Assembly: GCA_963662335.2 (NCBI GenBank)
Contig: CAXXVD010000003.1
Span: forward strand, 224,001-288,000
DNA: 64,000 bases
Direction: 5' to 3'
Source: Chloroflexota bacterium
GTDB lineage: Bacteria > Chloroflexota > UBA11872 > VXOZ01
This document shows positions 39,584 to 49,800 of the stretch, piece after piece. How positions within the stretch are numbered: position 1 is the first letter of the stretch; each line of letters opens with the position of its first letter. A model generated the notes under the pieces. That model searched no databases. It was not told the DNA's origin and saw only the letters and a program-made list of their open reading frames with translations. Both the position numbers and the translations under genes were made by a program.

Positions 39584-41317
39584 ATGGCTGCGGTTGCCGG
39601 AAACGAAAACGTCCGCTACGAACCGGAAGAGAATCCTCCCCGGCTCTTGACCGTTGGCGCGGGCTTGCAGGCCGCCATGGTGACGGTGTCGTCGATCGTG
39701 CTGGCCGTAGTCATCGTGGCGCGGATTGCCGGGCAGCCGGAAAGCTACATCACCTGGGCGGTCTTTGCGGCCCTGCTCGTCAGCGGCACGGCCACGATTC
39801 TCCAGGCGGTGCGCGTGGGCCGGATTGGCGCCGGGCACGTGCTGATGATGGGCACGTCGGGCGCGTTCATTGCCGTTTGCGTGGCGGCGCTGCAAATGGC
39901 CGGGCCCGCCACCTTGGCCAGCCTGGTAGTGGTTTCCTCGCTCTTCCAGTTTCTCCTGGCGTCGCGCCTCTCTTGGCTGCGGCGCGTCTTCACGCCGGTG
40001 GTTACCGGCACCGTAATCATGCTGATCGCGGCCACGGTCATGCCCATCGTCTTCGGAACGCTGACCGAGGCGCCGGAGGACGTATCCCAGGCCGCCGCTC
40101 CGCTTGTGGCGCTGGCCACCACGGTGAGCGTCGCCGCGCTGGTGATGCGCGGCTCACCCACGTGGCGGCTCTGGTCGCCCCTCATCGGCATCGTCGTCGG
40201 CTGTCTGGTGGCCGTTCCCTTCGGCCTCTTCGACGTGCAGCCGGTGCTGGACGCGCCGTGGTTTGCCGTGCCTTTCACCTCGTGGCCGGGCTTCGACCTC
40301 AGCCCCGGCGTGGAGTTCTGGGCGCTGCTGCCGGCGTTCGTGGTGGTGACGCTGGTCGGCGCGGTCGAGACCATTGGCGACGGCGTCGCCATCCAACGAG
40401 TCTCCCGGCGCGCGCCGCAGTCAACCGACTTCCGCGTCGTGCAGGGCGCGTTGAACGCCGACGGCGTGGGCAACCTCTTGTCCGGCATTCTGGCAACCGT
40501 GCCCAACACCACCTACTCGTCCAGCATCGCGTTGGTGGAAGTCACCGGCATTGCCGCGCGGCGCGTGGGCGTGGTCATCGGCGCGGTATTCGTGGTGCTG
40601 GCCTTCTTGCCCAAAGCCGCGGCGCTGCTCATCGCCATTCCCGGCCCGGTGGCGGCTTCCTACATCACGGTGCTGGTGGTGCTGCTCTTCGTGCAGGGCA
40701 TGCGCATCGTCATCCAGGACGGCATTGACCATCGCAAGGCCGCCGTCGTCGGCCTGGCGTTCTGGATCGGCGCCGGCTTCCAGAACCAATGGATCTTCCC
40801 GGACCTCCTGGGCGAGGGCTTTCTGAGCGTGCTGCTGGGCAACGGCATGACGTCCGGCGCAATCGTCGCCATCATCGCGATGGTCTTCCTGGAGGCGACC
40901 CGCCCGCGCCGCCGGCGGCTGCACGTGGCGTTGGACGGCGACGCCCTGCCCAAGGTGGAACAGTTCCTGATGGCGTTCGCGGCAAAGATAAACTGGAACG
41001 ACGCCTCCACCGAAAGGCTCACCTCCGTGGGCGAAGAGACGCTGGCGGTCCTGCGCCAGGAGAGCGGCGCCGAAGCTGCCGGCCGGCGCTTGACCGTGAA
41101 CGCCCGCATGGAGAGCGGCACGGCGGAACTGGAATTCATCACCTTTCTGGAGGGCGAGAACCTGGAAGACCAGATGGCCAACCTGAATGAACTGCCGCCC
41201 GTGCCGGACGAACACGAGGTGTCGTTCCGCCTGCTCTGGCACTACGCCTCTTCCGTGCGCCACCAGAAGTACCACGGGCTGGACATCCTCACCGTGACCG
41301 TGGAGGGCGCGCGCTAA
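39584..41317 (+). CDS. NCS2 family protein with a C-terminal GHKL-like extension, copy 2
   Basis: Full-length paralogue of copy 1 with the same motifs. Confidence 0.92.
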   Translation: MAAVAGNENVRYEPEENPPRLLTVGAGLQAAMVTVSSIVLAVVIVARIAGQPESYITWAVFAALLVSGTATILQAVRVGRIGAGHVLMMGTSGAFIAVCVAALQMAGPATLASLVVVSSLFQFLLASRLSWLRRVFTPVVTGTVIMLIAATVMPIVFGTLTEAPEDVSQAAAPLVALATTVSVAALVMRGSPTWRLWSPLIGIVVGCLVAVPFGLFDVQPVLDAPWFAVPFTSWPGFDLSPGVEFWALLPAFVVVTLVGAVETIGDGVAIQRVSRRAPQSTDFRVVQGALNADGVGNLLSGILATVPNTTYSSSIALVEVTGIAARRVGVVIGAVFVVLAFLPKAAALLIAIPGPVAASYITVLVVLLFVQGMRIVIQDGIDHRKAAVVGLAFWIGAGFQNQWIFPDLLGEGFLSVLLGNGMTSGAIVAIIAMVFLEATRPRRRRLHVALDGDALPKVEQFLMAFAAKINWNDASTERLTSVGEETLAVLRQESGAEAAGRRLTVNARMESGTAELEFITFLEGENLEDQMANLNELPPVPDEHEVSFRLLWHYASSVRHQKYHGLDILTVTVEGAR

Positions 41318-41454
41318 GGGAAATGCGGCTGCCTAAGCCGCCGATGGGCACTGAAAGGGCGCGAACCACTCAGACTACCCCGGTGCGCGCTAGATTCCTG
41401 GCTGCGCTCGGAATGACGGGCGCGGCCGCTTTGGAGCGACTGCGCACCGCTTGG

Positions 41455-43533
41455 TCATGGGCCTGTTTCCTCTTGGCTCTCAGGAGGGTTCTCAGGCTCC
41501 AGGATAAGTTCCTGAAGCGCGGCCTCTTTGACTTGCGTTTGCGACTCGGCAGGCAGGCTCTCGGCCGCCTGGATTGCCGCCTGGGCCGCAACTTTGGCCG
41601 CCTCTTGCTCCGATAGCCCAATCTGGGGGGCGGAGAGCCTGGCCGCCCGGATCGAATGGGTCACCACCGCGCCGACCCGCAGGCGTGTGTTGTCCGCGCC
41701 TTGCATCGCCCCCTGCACCGCGCCTTGCAAGGCCTCGATCGGGTCGGCGCCAACCTCAGTTACGGCTTCGATCGTGCCGCTCACGGTGGCCTGGATAACC
41801 CGGCCGGAACCGATTCCCGCCTCCGCGGCGGCGTCGATGGCCCCCTGGGCGGCGCCGACGGCAAGCGCGGTGCCCTGCCTGGCCGCATCGCGCGACCTGC
41901 TGCCCACGCGCGCAACGGCGCGGCCCACCCCCAGACGCACCTGCCTTGCCGTCGCCCGGCCGCGGGCAACGGCTTCGACCGCGTCTTTGGTTGACGATGC
42001 CAACTGGTACGCGGTAACGCTGGCGGCGACGTCAAGGCCGGGGAAGTGGGGGATGTAGCGCAGGCCGGCAATCGGGAATTGGGCAACGGCGCCGAGGCCG
42101 GGCACGACGTTCAGCGAGCGCAGGTTCTCCCGCGTTTGGTTCAGCAGCCGGTTCATCACCACTTCACTATCCACCTCGCCTTCCTCCTTGATCCTGGCAA
42201 GGAAGGCCTGCGTCAAGAGGCCAAGGAAGAAGGCAATCGCGAACAGGAAGTCATAGCCGGTCAGGAAGACCGCCGGAAAGCTGAACGCGCGCTCGGGATC
42301 GACCCACTCGATGAGGATCTCGAAGCGCCGCACGCTGAAGAAGTCAACGAACGCCCCGCCAATCAGCGGGCTGATGCCCGCGCCGAGATTGACCGCCAGG
42401 GAGGCGGCCGTGAGATAGGCCGTGGATTGGGCCTGCGGCGCCAGTTTCATGCGCAGCGTGGTGGTGGAGACGTTGATGCCGGCGCTGGCAATGCCTATGA
42501 GCGAGTGAAGCAGCACCAGGAGAGGAATCGTCAGGGCATGGGCGTCCGGCATGGTGGTAAAGGTCCACCCCAGGATGACGAGAAAGTAGAGCGACGAGCA
42601 GAGCGACAGGATGACCTTGCTGCCGAACCGGTCCGCAAAAGGCCCCCACACGCGCAGGAAGAGCACGTTTGCCAACTGGCTCCAAACCCCCATGCCAACC
42701 ACCACCAAGAGGGATAGCTCCAGCTTGGTCAGCATGTAGACCGCCAGGAACGGCACCGCCAGATAGACGACGAAGTTCCACAGGAACAGATACCGGATGA
42801 GGCTCGCGTAGTTGCTGTCGCGCAAGGGGGCCAGGAGTGTGCGAAAGACCGAGGGGCGCGGCCCTTCGCCCCGCGCCATGGCCGGCTCCGGAATCCGCGC
42901 CATCATGCCGACCGAACCGAAGCCGAGGAGGATGCTGCCCAGCAGGATGGCGTAGGAATAGCCGAAGATCACCTGGGATTCCGGCACGGCTCCCTTCCAC
43001 CAGTCGATGAAGAGCGCGGCCGCCAGGCCGGTAACGGCCGCGGTGATCGTGGCGGTGCGCAGCCTTTGGGCGAAGAAGCCGCCCAATGCACTGCCCGCCG
43101 CGACGTCGCGCAGCCAACTGGTCCAACTCGTGTTGACGAAGGCGGTGGCCGCGCCGCGCACCGCGATGAAGCAGAGCAGCAGCGTCACGGCCCCCGGATT
43201 GGGCACGTCTATCAGGAAGGGAATGAGCGCAATGGGCGTCCACGCCAGGTAGGCCGCAAAGTGCGACGGCACGGCGATTGCCTTGCGCCGGCGGAAGCGC
43301 TCGACCGCCACGACCGCCAGGAGTTGCACCGGCTGCATGATGAACGGAATGGCCGTCATGATGCCAATGTGCAGATTCGACGCGCCGAGGATGAGGGCAA
43401 AGGCGGCCAGAAATCCGCCGGAGGCCAGCCCGTCAGCCCCGGACGCGGCGATCGTCTGGAACTTGAGCGCCTTGAGCCCGCGCGCGCGTTCGCGCTCCGT
43501 CACAGTTTCGCTTGGCTGGAAGAGGGTTCGCAT
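41455..43533 (-). CDS. MFS transporter with a long Ala/Gly-rich C-terminal extension
   Basis: About 12 TM segments; LGASNLHIG, WTSWLRD, WGPFADRFGSK; soluble tail of more than 200 aa. Confidence 0.88.
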   Translation of the reverse strand: MRTLFQPSETVTERERARGLKALKFQTIAASGADGLASGGFLAAFALILGASNLHIGIMTAIPFIMQPVQLLAVVAVERFRRRKAIAVPSHFAAYLAWTPIALIPFLIDVPNPGAVTLLLCFIAVRGAATAFVNTSWTSWLRDVAAGSALGGFFAQRLRTATITAAVTGLAAALFIDWWKGAVPESQVIFGYSYAILLGSILLGFGSVGMMARIPEPAMARGEGPRPSVFRTLLAPLRDSNYASLIRYLFLWNFVVYLAVPFLAVYMLTKLELSLLVVVGMGVWSQLANVLFLRVWGPFADRFGSKVILSLCSSLYFLVILGWTFTTMPDAHALTIPLLVLLHSLIGIASAGINVSTTTLRMKLAPQAQSTAYLTAASLAVNLGAGISPLIGGAFVDFFSVRRFEILIEWVDPERAFSFPAVFLTGYDFLFAIAFFLGLLTQAFLARIKEEGEVDSEVVMNRLLNQTRENLRSLNVVPGLGAVAQFPIAGLRYIPHFPGLDVAASVTAYQLASSTKDAVEAVARGRATARQVRLGVGRAVARVGSRSRDAARQGTALAVGAAQGAIDAAAEAGIGSGRVIQATVSGTIEAVTEVGADPIEALQGAVQGAMQGADNTRLRVGAVVTHSIRAARLSAPQIGLSEQEAAKVAAQAAIQAAESLPAESQTQVKEAALQELILEPENPPESQEETGP

Positions 43534-43691
43534 TTGCAAGAGTTCGGGCTGCCTGCCGCCGCTGCTTCGCCGGCGCGCGGCACACGCTAGCGGTGACGCC
43601 ATGCGTAGAGCGCAGGCTCTATAATAGCACTGTCGACACCTTCTCCCACGCGCTTGGTAGGTTTAGCGAAGGCCGCGGGCGCAGCCAATAG

Positions 43692-44801
43692 GTGGAAACG
43701 ATGCCGTACACCGCCCATTACCTCGATCCCAAACTTGCGCTAGAACGGGTTGCGGACGATGAGCAACTTCTCGCGATCGTTGCCGGCGGCGAAGGCGTCT
43801 TGTGGCTCGACTTCGAAGCTCCGGACGCCGGGGACCGGGCGCTGCTCATCGACGGCATGGGATTCCACCCCCTGGCCGTGGAAGCGTGCATCGAGCGCGA
43901 GACGCACGGCGTGCGCATCGAGGATTTCGGCGATTACGTATTCCTGAACGCGCGCGGCATCGACTACACGGCGAACGAGGACGTGCTGCAGACGGTCGAT
44001 CTCAGCATGTTCGTCGGCCGCAACTACGTGGTGACCGCCCACGACCGCTACATGCCGAGCGTGGAGGCGGTGCAAAAGCTGGTGGAGAGCAACGTAAAGC
44101 ACCTGATGAGCAGCCCTTCGCTGCTGGCGCACGCCCATCTGGACGCCCTCATTCAGGTGTTCCGGCCCGCGCTGGAGCGAATGTCGGATCACGCGGACGC
44201 GATCGAAGAGCAGATAATCGAGAATCCCAGCGAGGCGGCGCTGGCGGGAATCATGACGCTCAAGCGGTCGTGCCTGAGCCTGAACCGCGCCCTCGCGCCG
44301 CAGCGCGACGTCTTGAGCCGCCTGGGCCGCCGGGAATTCAGCCTGGTCGCGAAAGAAGCGGACCTCTACTTCCGCGACTTGTTCGAGGACCTGGTGCGGG
44401 TGCAGGCGTCGAACGACGTGATCCGGGAGCGGGCCGACACGGCGCTGGCCACCTATCTCTCCGCGGTGTCCAACCGGCAGAACGAATTCATGAAAGTCCT
44501 CTCCATCGTGGCGACCATATTCATGCCGCTGGGCCTGGTGGCCGGCATCTTTGGCATGAACTTCCAGTACATGCCGGGGCTCGACTTCCGCTGGGGCTAC
44601 TACGCCATCTGGGGCTTGACGCTGCTTGCGATTGTGCTTACGCTCTGGCTGCTGTGGCTCAGGCGGTGGGTCGCGGTCAGAGTGCGGGCGCTGCGCAGCC
44701 AGCGCTTCGGCCGGTTCGTGCCCACGGCCGTTGACCCCATTCGCCTGACCGTCTTTGCCGGCCGCGCCGTAGCACGAAACTTGCGGCGCAGAACTCACTG
44801 A
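43692..44801 (+). CDS. corA: magnesium/cobalt transporter CorA family
   Basis: WLD, FHPLAVE, NEFMKVL, FMPL..VAGIFGMNF..MP signature. Confidence 0.95.
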   Translation: METMPYTAHYLDPKLALERVADDEQLLAIVAGGEGVLWLDFEAPDAGDRALLIDGMGFHPLAVEACIERETHGVRIEDFGDYVFLNARGIDYTANEDVLQTVDLSMFVGRNYVVTAHDRYMPSVEAVQKLVESNVKHLMSSPSLLAHAHLDALIQVFRPALERMSDHADAIEEQIIENPSEAALAGIMTLKRSCLSLNRALAPQRDVLSRLGRREFSLVAKEADLYFRDLFEDLVRVQASNDVIRERADTALATYLSAVSNRQNEFMKVLSIVATIFMPLGLVAGIFGMNFQYMPGLDFRWGYYAIWGLTLLAIVLTLWLLWLRRWVAVRVRALRSQRFGRFVPTAVDPIRLTVFAGRAVARNLRRRTH

Positions 44802-44884
44802 GCGCGCCGGGCGCAGTCCCGCTTTGCGCCGCTCAGGGCGTGTAGAGGGTTTCGTGTGTCTCGCGCCTAGCCGGCGCAACCGCG

Positions 44885-46633
44885 TCACGCCGGCAGCGTG
44901 ATCTTCATTTCCATATACTCGCCTGCCACGGAATCGGGCGTAATCGCGCCGCCGTGTTCCCGGATGATGTCGCTGGAGATGCTCAATCCCAGGCCGGTGC
45001 CCTTGTCCGTCGGTTTCGTGGTGAAGAAGGGGTTGAACATCTTTGCCAGCGTCTCCGGCGAGACGCCGACGCCGTTGTCCCGAATGCGTATCTCCAGTTC
45101 GTCTTCTTTTCGTTCGGTGCGCAGCCAGACCGTCGGCAGATATTGCGCTTCTCCCTGCTCGCGCAGCGCGCGGTTCTTCTCAGCGGTGGCGTAGCAGGCG
45201 TTGCCGACCATGTTCAAGAAGACGCGGCCCAGGTTGTCCGGGGCGGCGAGGATCTTGCCGGCGTCCGGATCGAACTCTTCGCGGATTTCCAGGGTGAAGT
45301 CCGGGTCTTGCGCCCGGGTGCTGTGGTAGGCGAGTTTGGCGCGATCGCTGAGGAGTTCGTTGATGTCCACGGCCTGGGTGCTGCCGCCGCCGCGGCCCAG
45401 CATCAGCATATCGCGGACGATGCGGTTGGCGCGTTCGCCGTGAACTTTGATGCGGTCCAGGTTGTCGGCCAGGTCCTGGGAGATTTCGTCGATGAGGGCG
45501 CGCGTGTCGTCGTCCAGTTCGCCCGCGCTGTCCGCCAGCGACTCCTTCAATTCGGCCAGCAACTCTTCCGACGCTTCGGAGAAGTTCTGCATGAAATTCA
45601 GCGGGTTTCTGATTTCATGGGCAACGCCGGCGGTCAACTCGCCGAGTTCGGCCAGCTTCTGGCGCACCAGAATTTGATCCTGCGCCTGCCGGAGTTCCGC
45701 CAGGACGCGCTCCAATTCGTCGTTCTTGGCCTTCAGGTCGGCGGCGAGTTTTCTGGCGATGTCCAACTGCATGGCCTTGATGGAACGCAGGCGGAGTTCT
45801 TCCAGCGCGTACGCCAGTTCGGTGATTTCGTCCTGGCCCGTAGGCTCCACCTTGTAGTCCAGGTCGCCGGCCCCCATGCGGCGGATCCAAAACTCCAGCG
45901 CTACCGAGCGGATTCCGACGCGAATCAAGAGATACGTGACCAATAGCAACAGCGCGGTCGAGGCAATGCCGAGAACGAGCAGGCGAATGCGCCCGGCGGC
46001 AATCGCACCGGCCGCTTCGGTTAATCCGGCGGCGGCTGCGGCGTGGGCGTCCGCGCGCAGCGCAGCCGCGGCAAGGGTAAGCGCCTGCGCCCGCTCCCGG
46101 TTGACCGCCAAGAGGCGGCTGCGGTCGGCGAGAAGCTGGGTTTCGCGCGCGCTTGGCGCCGCCGGGCCGCCGCCCGCATCCGCCCGGCTCTGCGCAAGGC
46201 GGAGCAATTCCGCTTGCCGGGCGCGCAGTTCCGCCAGGTTGTCCAGCAGCGCGCCGGCGTGTTCCGCGATCGGCGGCGCGGCGGCGCTCTCCGCATCCAG
46301 CTTTTCCAGGGACGCCAGCAAGAGGCCGTGCTGCTCCGCCGCGCCGGCGTAGGCCCGTTCAAGCTCCGCCGCAGTCGCCGCGGCGGCAAGAGCCGGCCCC
46401 GCCCCGGCCAGCGCGGCGGCATGTTCGGCCAGCGCCGCCGCGTCCGCCGCCGCGGGCAGGCCGCGCTCGCTCACCCGGCGCACGGACGCATCGATCGCGT
46501 TGAACGAAACAACGGTCAGAATGACGCCCAGAAACCCCAGCAGAATGAGCAGCAGCATGCTCACGTTTATCTGGGTGGACTTGCGCTTGGGGCTTAAGCG
46601 CGATAGCTTGAAGTCTCTCTCTTCGATAGACAT
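44885..46633 (-). CDS. membrane sensor histidine kinase (HAMP-HisKA-HATPase)
   Basis: Two TM segments, DEITELA (HAMP), AGVAHEIRNPLN, NMVGNA, DNGVG, FNPFFTTK, GTGLGL. Confidence 0.95.
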   Translation of the reverse strand: MSIEERDFKLSRLSPKRKSTQINVSMLLLILLGFLGVILTVVSFNAIDASVRRVSERGLPAAADAAALAEHAAALAGAGPALAAAATAAELERAYAGAAEQHGLLLASLEKLDAESAAAPPIAEHAGALLDNLAELRARQAELLRLAQSRADAGGGPAAPSARETQLLADRSRLLAVNRERAQALTLAAAALRADAHAAAAAGLTEAAGAIAAGRIRLLVLGIASTALLLLVTYLLIRVGIRSVALEFWIRRMGAGDLDYKVEPTGQDEITELAYALEELRLRSIKAMQLDIARKLAADLKAKNDELERVLAELRQAQDQILVRQKLAELGELTAGVAHEIRNPLNFMQNFSEASEELLAELKESLADSAGELDDDTRALIDEISQDLADNLDRIKVHGERANRIVRDMLMLGRGGGSTQAVDINELLSDRAKLAYHSTRAQDPDFTLEIREEFDPDAGKILAAPDNLGRVFLNMVGNACYATAEKNRALREQGEAQYLPTVWLRTERKEDELEIRIRDNGVGVSPETLAKMFNPFFTTKPTDKGTGLGLSISSDIIREHGGAITPDSVAGEYMEMKITLPA

Positions 46634-46802
46634 GTGGAATTCAGCGAAGGAGTTGGATGTGCCGTGCGCGTCTCGCTCCGCCGATCCGCGCAGTGCGCAC
46701 ATTTTAGTACAGTTGGTGCGCACATTCCACGCCGTGGGTATAGTTCACGCTGCGGCGGCCCCGCGCGCGTCCGTTGCCGAGGCTCTGTGGCGCCAGTGTC
46801 TG

Positions 46803-49800
46803 TCACTCCGTCACGGTGAGCGCGCCGCCCAGGGTCTCGCCGCGCTGCTCGGGCCGGTAGTACGAGTACGCCTGGGAGACGACCGCTTTGGCCCGCACCG
46901 GGTACTTGGCGTGCGCCTGGAACGCAAACGTGAGCGTCTCGCCGGCGCGCATGTTGTCGATGTAGAGAATTGCCTTGCGCCCGGCAATCTCGAAGCGCTT
47001 GAAGATGGCGTATTCCTCGACCAGGGCCGCCACCGTCTCGCGCACCGGCTCGAAGCCGGTGGGCACGGCCACGTCCAGCACCACCATGCCCGCCTCGATT
47101 CCATCGGGAGGATTGAACGTGACGCTGGTGTGGACGGTGATGCGGTCGTCCACCGCGACGCGCTCCGTACCGTAGTCAACCGTAATCGCGAACACGTCCG
47201 GAATCTCAGTTTCCCGATCGGGGATGTTGTAGCGCAGCACCGTCTGCACGATGGCCGTGCCCCGGCCCATGGCGGTGACGGTAACCGGGTTGCCGAGCGG
47301 TACCTGCACGATCTGCATCACGTCGGCGTTCTCCGGCGTGAGCGCCACTTCCTTGCGCCAGTCGCCGCTCTGCAGCACAACGGTCATCTCCACGTTTGTG
47401 GCTACCCGTGCGGAATGGGCGGCCAGGGCTTGGAGGCTGACGACCGTATCTTGCGTGGAGCCGTAGCCTCCCAGCGCGTTGCGCTGGCCCACCAGCCACT
47501 TGGCGGCCTGGGAAGCGTTGAAGTCGTCGTTGTTCGCCAGCAGCGCCGGCAGGGCGTAGCCGGTAGTCTCGATCGCGGCGGTATGGGCCCCGTGCCCGCC
47601 GCCCCAGTAGAGCGCGCCGTCCGCGTCCTCATTGGCCATGGCCATCAGCCTGGCGTGGGCCTCCGCCGCCAGCGCGCTATCGGCAAGGGCCAGCGCGTAG
47701 GCCGCGATCGCCATGGTGTACGGGTCTTGGATGCCTTCCAGCCGGCTTACCAGGTACTGCATGGCGCGCGCGGCCCCGAAGTCGCGGCCGGCTTCAAGCA
47801 GCGCAATCGCCACGTACGCCGTGAGCGCGTCCCGCCCCTGCAAGCCGCCCAACAGTTCCTGGTGGTGCAGGAAGCCGACGTTCTCGAACGAGCCGTCCGC
47901 CAACTGATGCCGCTCGATCCAGGCGGCCGCGCGGTCGAGGACCTGTGGGTCGATGTAGATGATCTCCCGGGACTCCGCAAACGTCTTGAGGACGAACGCC
48001 GTGAGCCACAGGCTGCCCTCGGTGTCGCTGTTGCCAAAGGCGGAGAAGCTGCCGTCGTCCCGCATGTAGGTCAGTTCGCGCTGGTAGCCGACCAGCATCA
48101 GGTGTTCGGCCTTGGCCATGATTTCGGGCTTTAGCTGACCCGTTTCCCGCAGGTAGCGCGTCACGTACACGTTTGGCGCGAAGAGGATCATGTTCTGTTC
48201 GCCGCAGCCGAAGGGCATCTGCAGGAGTTGGTCGAGGCCGGCGATGCTCTGGGTCATGAGGTTGCCCGAGAGCGCAACGTAGGCGCGGCCGGAGCCGGCG
48301 ATGGCGTCCGGCGGCAGGTGGGGCAGGAACTCGTGGCGCTGGCCGCCGGACAGCAGGCGGTTGTCGACGTGCTCGACGCCGATGCCTTCCGGCTCCACCA
48401 GCAGTTCCTTTATGACGGCGTCGGCGGTTTCCGCGCTGCGCGCGGTAATCTTGATCGGATTGCGGCCCAGGCCGGTGGGGCGAATCATGAACTCGACGCC
48501 GCCGATGTCGTTGGCGCCAACCGTGACCGCCTTGAGCGGCTCATCGAGCAACGCGAACCACTCACTTTCCTCGATCTCCACGAAGAATTCCTGGGCGGTC
48601 TGCCGGTAGTTGAAGAGAGCGATCTTCACCGGCAACTCCTCGCCTCGGATGGCGGAAACCGGCAAGTCCACGGTCAGGAAGAAGGGCTGGAAGACGCGCA
48701 GTTCGCTCTCGCCGATGCCCAAGCCGTGTTCTTTGGAGATGCCCACGGCGCGCAGCGCCCAGGTGGTGATGCTGTCCGGCGCTTCCACGCTCAGCACGGC
48801 GCGGCCGTTGGCGTCCGTGTACACGTCCCGCCAAATCCAGGTTTCGGGGAAGAACTGGCGCACCCGCTGGACTTCCGCTAGGTCTTCCGTGGGGCCGGGG
48901 CCTGCCTTGGCTTCCGCCATTTCCGCCCGCGGCGCTTCCGCTTCTTCCGCTGCCGCCGCCGCTACTACAAAGGAACGTTCCTGCGGTCGCTGGAGGCTTC
49001 TGCCGGCCGGCACGTCCTTGTTCGTCAATACCACCGTCCCGGCGGCGGCGAAAGTCTCAGAAGCGCCCCGCGCCTCGATCGTGTAGGAAATGTTGATGTC
49101 GTGGAGTTCCGCCTGCGGCTGTTGGTAGAGCCGCTCCAACTCGGCGAAGATCTGCTGCAAGTTCAGCCGGTTCTCGGCCAGGATGAAGACCGAGCGGTCC
49201 ACGGCCACCAGGCCGACCCGCGCCTCTCCCTGCGTCTGGACGCGCACGTCAACCGCATCGCCCGGCCGCACTTCTTCCCGGCTAAAGCCCACGTCCACGT
49301 CGTGGCCATAGCCCCCGGCCACGCCAAACGGCACGTAATCGGCGGCAATCTCGTTATTCGGCAGTATCTGATAGACGAGCAGGCGCGCGGACGGCGCCAT
49401 GAGCGCGGTAGCCGTGAAGGCAATGTCCGGGCCGCGAGACACGTCAGAAAAAACGACCGCGCCTCTGGAGAGCACCTCATAGTAGAAGGTGCGCGCTTCC
49501 CGCGTTGCATGGACGCGGAATTGCGCCGTATCGCCCACCGCGATTTCGCCTTGGGTCACTTGCTCGACGTGGATGAAGTTGTCGGAAGGCGAATGGCCCG
49601 CCTGGAGATTCAGAGACGCGTACGCCCTTCCCATCTGGGCGTGCACGGTCACGGCCGCGGCATAGGCGGGCGCGGTGACCCGCGCGATGGCCGTGCCGTT
49701 CTCAAGCGCAACCTCGATCCTCTCGGTTGAAGCCGTTTGGAACGCCTGGTTCACGTATTCGAGCGTCATAGTAACCGTGCCGTCGACCGGCGTGCCGTCA

